Of a stretch of DNA of 64,000 nt, positions 58,709 through 64,000 are shown one piece after another. Position numbers and translations under genes: made by a program. A model generated the notes under the pieces. It did no database searches. It had not been told where the DNA came from and saw nothing but the letters and a program-made list of their open reading frames with translations. Each line of letters starts with the position of its first letter. Positions within the stretch are counted from its first letter, which is position 1. Origin of the DNA: Cyanobacteria bacterium auto_48_18 (GTDB taxonomy: Bacteria > Cyanobacteriota > Vampirovibrionia > Obscuribacterales > Obscuribacteraceae); contig JAVHQC010000019.1 of the NCBI GenBank assembly GCA_036170915.1, positions 1 through 64,000 of the forward strand. Reading direction: 5' to 3'.

Positions 58709-59059
58709 GTGAATCAACAAATAGAAACTGAAAAAGACGATTTTGAGAATGCCTGGGTGAGCAACTATGTGCCCACGGGTACAGCCGCTGATGCTATCAA
58801 TCAAATTAAGGAATGGGCTTACAAAGCCTTTGACAGCCTTGATTTAGACCACAATGGCTATATCGAAAAACACGAGCTCGAAGAAATTTTAAAAGCCGAG
58901 GCGACACCAGCCCGCGAAAAATCATTCATTACATTTTTATTGAACAATCAGGTTGCCATTGCTGATTCTGTGCATGAAGGCACAACATCGGTTGAAGGCG
59001 GCATTACTCGTATGGACCTCGAGGCTTACTTCAAACTAGTACTGCATATGATGAGCTAA
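58709..59059 (+). CDS. small EF-hand protein
   Basis: FDSLDLDHNGYIEKHEL EF-hand loop. Confidence 0.7.
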   Translation: MNQQIETEKDDFENAWVSNYVPTGTAADAINQIKEWAYKAFDSLDLDHNGYIEKHELEEILKAEATPAREKSFITFLLNNQVAIADSVHEGTTSVEGGITRMDLEAYFKLVLHMMS

Positions 59060-59225
59060 AAGAAGATGGCAACGGTTGTCATCTCCGTCTGTCAAAGATT
59101 TTAAGTTTCCAAGACGCAGATGAATAGCGGCTCTTGCTTAATCTTGACAATGCAATACTGCATGGTGTGCTTTGCTGCTGCTATTCTTGAAAAAGACTGA
59201 CTCAATATTGCCATCACTATAAACA

Positions 59226-60206
59226 ATGCCTGCCCATTCAAATTGCGACCACGAGCACGATCATCCGCCTGCTTCAACCGGCACGCCTCAATCTGAAAGC
59301 AAAAGCGATCACGGGCACAGTCATTTTGATGTGCGCTTGCAAAGCCGCAAAAAACTAGCCGCAGTGCTGGCTCTAACCTCTACTTTTATGATAGTCGAGG
59401 CAGTAGCCGGTTTTTATACCGGCAGCCTGGCGCTGATTGCTGACGCAGGTCATATGCTCGGTGACGTGGCCGCCCTGGCCCTGGCATTGTTTGCCGTCTG
59501 GCTTTCAAGCAAACCAGCTGGCCCGTCGCGCACTTACGGCTTCCATCGCAGCGAAATATTGGCGGCCCTGGCCAATTCGGTTTTGCTGGTTGTAATTTCA
59601 GTGGCGATTTTGTTTGAAGCCATACACCGCTTCAGCGAACCACCGGTAGTTCACAGCAACGGCATGTTGATAGTGGCCGTACTTGGCCTTCTGGTCAATT
59701 TATTTTCAATGAAACTTCTGGGTGGCCACGGCGATTCGCTTAATGCCAGGGCTGCATATCTCGAAGTGTTCTCGGACATGCTCGCATCTTGCGCTGTGAT
59801 TGTGGCCGGTTTGATAATCTTCTTTACCGGCTGGTATCTGGCTGATCCAATTTTGAGCGCTATTCTCTCAGTCTTTATTGTGGCGCGCACCTGGGGCCTG
59901 CTCAAAGAATCAGTTGATATTTTGATGGAAAGCGCACCGCGCAGCATCAATATAGATGCTCTTACTCAGTCGCTTCTGGCCGTTGAAGGAGTAAGCGAAG
60001 TGCATGATTTGCACGTCTGGACAATCACCTCAGGCATGCTGGCCATGAGTTGCCATCTAACTGTTGCAGCCGTAAGCAATTCAGAAAGCGTGCTCAACCA
60101 AGTTAACACCGTCATTCGCCGGGATTTCAAAATTACACACACGACCATTCAACTCGAGTCAGCTGACGCTGAACGCAAATGCAATGATGTTTGCGCTGTC
60201 TTGTGA
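59226..60206 (+). CDS. cation diffusion facilitator (CzcD/ZitB-like)
   Basis: His-rich N-terminus, SLALIADAGHMLGD, TYGFHRSEILAAL, VHDLHVW, HTTIQLE. Confidence 0.93.
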   Translation: MPAHSNCDHEHDHPPASTGTPQSESKSDHGHSHFDVRLQSRKKLAAVLALTSTFMIVEAVAGFYTGSLALIADAGHMLGDVAALALALFAVWLSSKPAGPSRTYGFHRSEILAALANSVLLVVISVAILFEAIHRFSEPPVVHSNGMLIVAVLGLLVNLFSMKLLGGHGDSLNARAAYLEVFSDMLASCAVIVAGLIIFFTGWYLADPILSAILSVFIVARTWGLLKESVDILMESAPRSINIDALTQSLLAVEGVSEVHDLHVWTITSGMLAMSCHLTVAAVSNSESVLNQVNTVIRRDFKITHTTIQLESADAERKCNDVCAVL

Positions 60207-60224
60207 TTGAAATCGCTCAAGCAG

Positions 60225-60698
60225 CTAGATTCCGGCTTTCTTCTCTTGAGCCTGCCAGCGGCGATTCATGTTGCTATCGCTGGTGTTGGCACGGTTAAGA
60301 TCTTCAACTGGAGCACTACTGTTGACTGCGTCTTTGGCCCATTTAACGCCGGCATCGAGCTTATCGCTGGCTTTATCGAGGGCGTTCGAAACCGACTTCA
60401 TGAAACTAGGGCTGTCGTCTTTGACAGTTATCCTGCCGCCATTGGCGTGGTCAAAACCCACAGTCATCTGATTCTTGCCGCCGGTGACCTTGACGGCATC
60501 AACGTGACCATCTTTCTGAATAATTTCTAGACCAGGCAGCGAAGCGCTTTGACCTCTCGATGCCAGAAGATCCATGAACAACCTCTGATCTTGGGCAGTA
60601 TTGACTGTTTCACGAACGCATTTCACGTCGCCCTTCTGCATACAATCAACTGTTTTGTCCAGTTTCTGCCAGCCGTTTAGTTGTGCATTATCGCTCAT
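60225..60698 (-). CDS. hypothetical protein
   Basis: GAGG upstream of ATG 60698; coherent ORF; no family recognised. Confidence 0.6.
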   Translation of the reverse strand: MSDNAQLNGWQKLDKTVDCMQKGDVKCVRETVNTAQDQRLFMDLLASRGQSASLPGLEIIQKDGHVDAVKVTGGKNQMTVGFDHANGGRITVKDDSPSFMKSVSNALDKASDKLDAGVKWAKDAVNSSAPVEDLNRANTSDSNMNRRWQAQEKKAGI

Positions 60699-60851
60699 GG
60701 TAATTGCCTCTGTAGCAAAAGAAAAATCCGCCAGACCCAACGTGTCTATGCAAATGAGAATATCTTTCTTTGTTGGCATTTTCGGGGCAAAAAACAAAAA
60801 ATTGGAGTGTTTTTGACACTCCAATTTAAGTTTTTCAATTCGGTACTCGAA

Positions 60852-61493
60852 CTACCAGCCGCGTCTTTGGCCGCCGAGCTGATTGAGAATTATGCCGATA
60901 CCGACGTTGGCTGCTCCACCCTTGACGAAATCACCGCCGCCGACCCTACTTGAGACGCCGCCGCGAAGGAAATCTTCAATCACCTCGCCGCCGTTAATAC
61001 CGCCTCGACGGTTATCGTAGCGAGGGTCATAGCCACCACGATTGTCGTAGCGAGGGTCGTAACGAGGGTCGTAACCACCACGGTTATCATAACGAGGGTC
61101 GTAGCCACGACGGTCTTGATACACCGGCCGGTCTTCATAATAGCCGCCATGCTGACCTTCCCGCACCACTGGTCTGCGTCCTATGTCATCGCGATAATCA
61201 TCGCGTCTGTTGTTCTGATTCCAGGAAAGTTCTTGCTGACGCAAATTGCCGATTCTCAAATTTTGTCCGCTGTCGCCAAGGTTGAGAATAATATCGCCGG
61301 TGCGATTATCAACCCGGAGGTTGTCGCCGAATCGTGAATCTTCTTTGGCTGCAGTCTGAGTTACAAGCCGTCTGAAATCTTGGGGACACATGGTGTAAGC
61401 GTCGCGCTGAAGAGCGTCAACCACTTCTCTGGTTCTACCAGTGTCTAGACCGTGTGCCAATGAATCAGATTGTCGCTCGATTTGTCGACTCAT
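60852..61493 (-). CDS. hypothetical protein with Tyr/Asp/Arg/Gly low-complexity repeats
   Basis: GAGG RBS; YDPRYDNRGG repeats; Gly-rich hydrophobic C-terminus. Confidence 0.7.
   Translation of the reverse strand: MSRQIERQSDSLAHGLDTGRTREVVDALQRDAYTMCPQDFRRLVTQTAAKEDSRFGDNLRVDNRTGDIILNLGDSGQNLRIGNLRQQELSWNQNNRRDDYRDDIGRRPVVREGQHGGYYEDRPVYQDRRGYDPRYDNRGGYDPRYDPRYDNRGGYDPRYDNRRGGINGGEVIEDFLRGGVSSRVGGGDFVKGGAANVGIGIILNQLGGQRRGW
61001..61113 (-). repeat. coding tandem repeat GYDPRYDNRG / YDPR
   Basis: CGAGGGTC occurs 4 times on the + strand at 12- and 30-bp spacing. Confidence 0.8.
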
Positions 61494-61746
61494 TTTAAAT
61501 ACCTCTAAACAGCAGTCAGAAAATTTGGTCCGGGGGAGAGATTGCCTCTATTAATACAATAAAGGTGATTTGTGGCATTTTCGTGGCAAAAAATTGCGGT
61601 GCCATGTATCTATTAAACGCTCTGGCTCCTCAATGCGGAATGGTGAATTTACGCAAATTGCTTAAATTTCAAGCAATGTGCTAATCCTAATTGCCGAGCT
61701 TGCCGGGTAAACTTGCCATATCACGGCCACACCACGGAACTTATCT

Positions 61747-62817
61747 ATGCCCATGCCTATGCCCATGCCTGCCAAATTTCTTTTATCTGTCGCCCTGCTC
61801 GCTTCAATTTTTTGCACCCCTACCCTGGCGCTCAGCCCCAGAGAATCCAGCGTAATTTCTAATAAGGTGCGCAACTTAAGCGGCAAATGGATGGCAGCAG
61901 AGGAAAAAGCCCGCAAACACGTCGCCGGCAAAAGATATGGCATGGCGGCAGTAATTTATCAGGAAGTGCTTAACGAGAGAAAGGCGCTGGGCTTAGATTT
62001 ACAGACAGAGCAGCTGGCACTGGCCGACATTTTAGAAAAGCAGCACCAGATAGACGCCGCCAATGACATGTTCAAACAAGCAATCGCCGGTCGCGAACTC
62101 AGCGAAGGCGATGAAAACTTCACCCTGGTCTACACCCTGCAGGCTTATGGCGATTTTTTGAGCAGGAATAAGAAGCCGGCCGAAGCAGCCAAAATCAAAA
62201 AACGCATTGCCTACATACATAATCAGGCCAACAAAGCACCAAAAGAACTTGTGGCACTTTTAAAGTCTGCACCGGCCAGAACCGCTGCCCAGTACCCTGC
62301 CTGGGCGAAAGAGGCAGCCGTAAAAGCTACGCAAATCGGCCAACTTTACCTTAAGCGCGATCAAGAGCCAAGAGCCTTGATTGCTTTTCAAAAAGCGATT
62401 GCACTCGACCCCCGAAACTCAGACGCCTATGAAGGCCGCGGCGAGGTATACAAACGCTCAGAGCAGATGACCAGAGCCGCACTCGACTTTGACAAAGCCA
62501 TCAAGCTAAACCCAGCCAATGCCCAGGCTCGCCTCAATCGCGCCCTCTCAATGCGATCCAACAAAAATGAAAAAGCCGCTCTTACCGACTTGAATGCCGC
62601 TGTGGCCGCCGCTCCCGAAGACGTCGAAATTCTCGGTTATCGCGCCAAACTTTATCAAGATACTAAACGCTACGATCTTGCTATAAAAGATTACTCGCAC
62701 GCCCTTGAACTTAACCCAGCTGCCGAATGGGCGCGGTGCCAACGTGACCTTTGCTCCAAAGCCCTGGGCCAGGTCAAACCACTAAAACCAAGTCAAGCCA
62801 CCAAAGCCGGCGATTGA
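61747..62817 (+). CDS. exported TPR protein
   Basis: Signal peptide (start among the MPMPMP Met codons), multiple TPRs (AIALDP, AIKLNP, ALELNP). Confidence 0.85.
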   Translation: MPMPMPMPAKFLLSVALLASIFCTPTLALSPRESSVISNKVRNLSGKWMAAEEKARKHVAGKRYGMAAVIYQEVLNERKALGLDLQTEQLALADILEKQHQIDAANDMFKQAIAGRELSEGDENFTLVYTLQAYGDFLSRNKKPAEAAKIKKRIAYIHNQANKAPKELVALLKSAPARTAAQYPAWAKEAAVKATQIGQLYLKRDQEPRALIAFQKAIALDPRNSDAYEGRGEVYKRSEQMTRAALDFDKAIKLNPANAQARLNRALSMRSNKNEKAALTDLNAAVAAAPEDVEILGYRAKLYQDTKRYDLAIKDYSHALELNPAAEWARCQRDLCSKALGQVKPLKPSQATKAGD

Positions 62818-63113
62818 TGTGTAAATGCCAGCCAATCGGTGAGTTCGGCAATGACCGCCTCAAATTCAGAAGGTTCAAACTCATAAGCGTATAAAACCGC
62901 AATCGAAGTGGGCGCATTAGGTGGCCCGGGCCAGTCTTCACTGTCTTGATGATCAGCTAATTCCTGACTTAAATTGAGGGCGTGGCGCAAATCAATCACC
63001 TCGAGCACGGCGCTGTTGCCTTTCAGAATGGCGTAAAGCCCTTCGGTCGATTCTATTGACTCACAATTGTTAAATGGCCCGTCAAAGCGATATGTGAGTA
63101 ACGTTACGCCCAT
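62793..63113 (-). CDS. small hypothetical protein, possibly degenerate GIY-YIG-like
   Basis: GGAG RBS; YRFDGPF...EGLYAIL resembles a GIY-type N-terminus but no YIG motif is visible. Confidence 0.5.
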   Translation of the reverse strand: MGVTLLTYRFDGPFNNCESIESTEGLYAILKGNSAVLEVIDLRHALNLSQELADHQDSEDWPGPPNAPTSIAVLYAYEFEPSEFEAVIAELTDWLAFTHQSPALVA

Positions 63114-63306
63114 GCGCTCCTCGATTTGGCAAAAATCCTGCTGTCAGAAAAACATCGAGTTTTTCTGTAACCAGGCACAAAGGCTTCTCCGACCCCGTCT
63201 CCAGGTAGCCAGATTTTGCACTATTTAGCACTAAGAAGAAGTTAAATGCAGCCTAAAATTTTCGCGCTTACGATGTCAATTCCTTTCATGTGATTAAATG
63301 CCCACC

Positions 63307-64000
63307 ATGGAAACAGATACTAAAATGCCAAGCACTCAAGACTTGTCACGACTTCGCAAGTTTTTCGTTGACCACGCCGCCTCATGCGTTCATGAACCTG
63401 AGGGGATGCTCAAGTATCGTTACACCACTCCAACCTATGCAGTTAAAGCCGGAGACGACGACAATGCAAAAGTAGCGGAGCGATCGCTTACCGGTCACTA
63501 CTTACAAATGTATGACTGGGATGCTTGTTTTTTTTCGCAAGCAGCGCACCTGACAGGTCACTCCGAATTTAAAGGGCTTGGCATTGAGGTGGTGGCAAAT
63601 TTTCTCAGCTTGAAAGAAGCTAACGGTCATATACCGCGCACCATTTCACCAGGTAAGGTGTGGGATGCAGGAGATCAATGCAAGCCATTTTTGGCTCAGA
63701 CACTCTTAGCTGAATACAATCGCGGAAGTAAAAATGCTAAGGCTGCCGACTCAGAATCTATCGGCCATTATTTAGACGACGTAGATTGTTATTTGAAATT
63801 CTTTCAGAGAGAACGCAAGTCTAAGTGGAATCTCTATCACTGGCGCAACGTGCTCGAAAGCGGCGTGGACGATAACTTAGCGTTGATTGCACCACGAGAA
63901 GCGGCGCAAAGCGAAGACGAATCTGTGGGCAAGTTTCCAGATGGCGCAATTCTTGCTGTAGATTTGAGCAGCTATATTGCTCGCGAATTTCTTTGCTTTG
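63307..64000 (+). CDS. MGH1/GH63/trehalase-like glycoside hydrolase, 5' part (runs off window; not in ORF track)
   Basis: Manual translation from ATG 63307: METDTKMPS...YLQMYDWDACF...NGHIPR...QCKPFLAQ...ESGVDDN. Confidence 0.8.
   Translation, partial: METDTKMPSTQDLSRLRKFFVDHAASCVHEPEGMLKYRYTTPTYAVKAGDDDNAKVAERSLTGHYLQMYDWDACFFSQAAHLTGHSEFKGLGIEVVANFLSLKEANGHIPRTISPGKVWDAGDQCKPFLAQTLLAEYNRGSKNAKAADSESIGHYLDDVDCYLKFFQRERKSKWNLYHWRNVLESGVDDNLALIAPREAAQSEDESVGKFPDGAILAVDLSSYIAREFLCF

Noticed and set aside
62793..63113. Active GIY-YIG endonuclease
   Set aside because: Only the first motif is suggested; the YIG motif and catalytic Arg are not recognisable.
63290..63475. 61-aa ORF from the track
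   Set aside because: Out-of-frame shadow of the glycoside hydrolase ORF starting at 63307.

Overview
A 64-kb bacterial chromosomal window. My inference is that it comes from a non-photosynthetic relative of Cyanobacteria (Vampirovibrionia/Melainabacteria-like), based on a cyanobacterial-style ABC-F N-terminus, many TPR proteins, a Ser/Thr kinase with an N-terminal Cys motif and no photosynthesis genes. Positions 1-19.3 kb are metabolic: a purine operon (purD partial, an in-frame PurN-PurS-like-PurL fusion, purQ, purM, purH) running into an esterase and a bacteriophytochrome with no output domain, then fhs, an ABC-F gene, proBA and ppc. Positions 19.4-39.2 kb are mixed genes (SPFH/slipin with an upstream structured-RNA candidate, matrixin-TPR, glgB, gntK, MFS, EVE, beta-CA-like, AqpS-like aquaporin, RNB nuclease, DUF2252, Ser/Thr kinase, bestrophin, GH15-like, SMP-30). 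Positions 39.3-49.9 kb form an AT-richer island of exported hypothetical proteins. It contains a fully delimited 3,343-bp IS21-family element (44936-48278; imperfect 41-bp terminal IRs; 5-bp TCTGC target duplication) that carries two extra Cys-rich ORFs and a hairpin-rich left end, and that splits a host gene which can be rejoined in frame. Positions 50-64 kb include a divergent stand-alone RelA/SpoT-type synthetase domain protein, a YbiT-like ABC-F, a glutaminase with a eukaryote-like ankyrin architecture, a truncated globin, a CDF transporter and a partial GH63/trehalase-like gene. I saw no rRNA, tRNA or CRISPR array. All product calls come from motif recognition by eye; no database searches were run.
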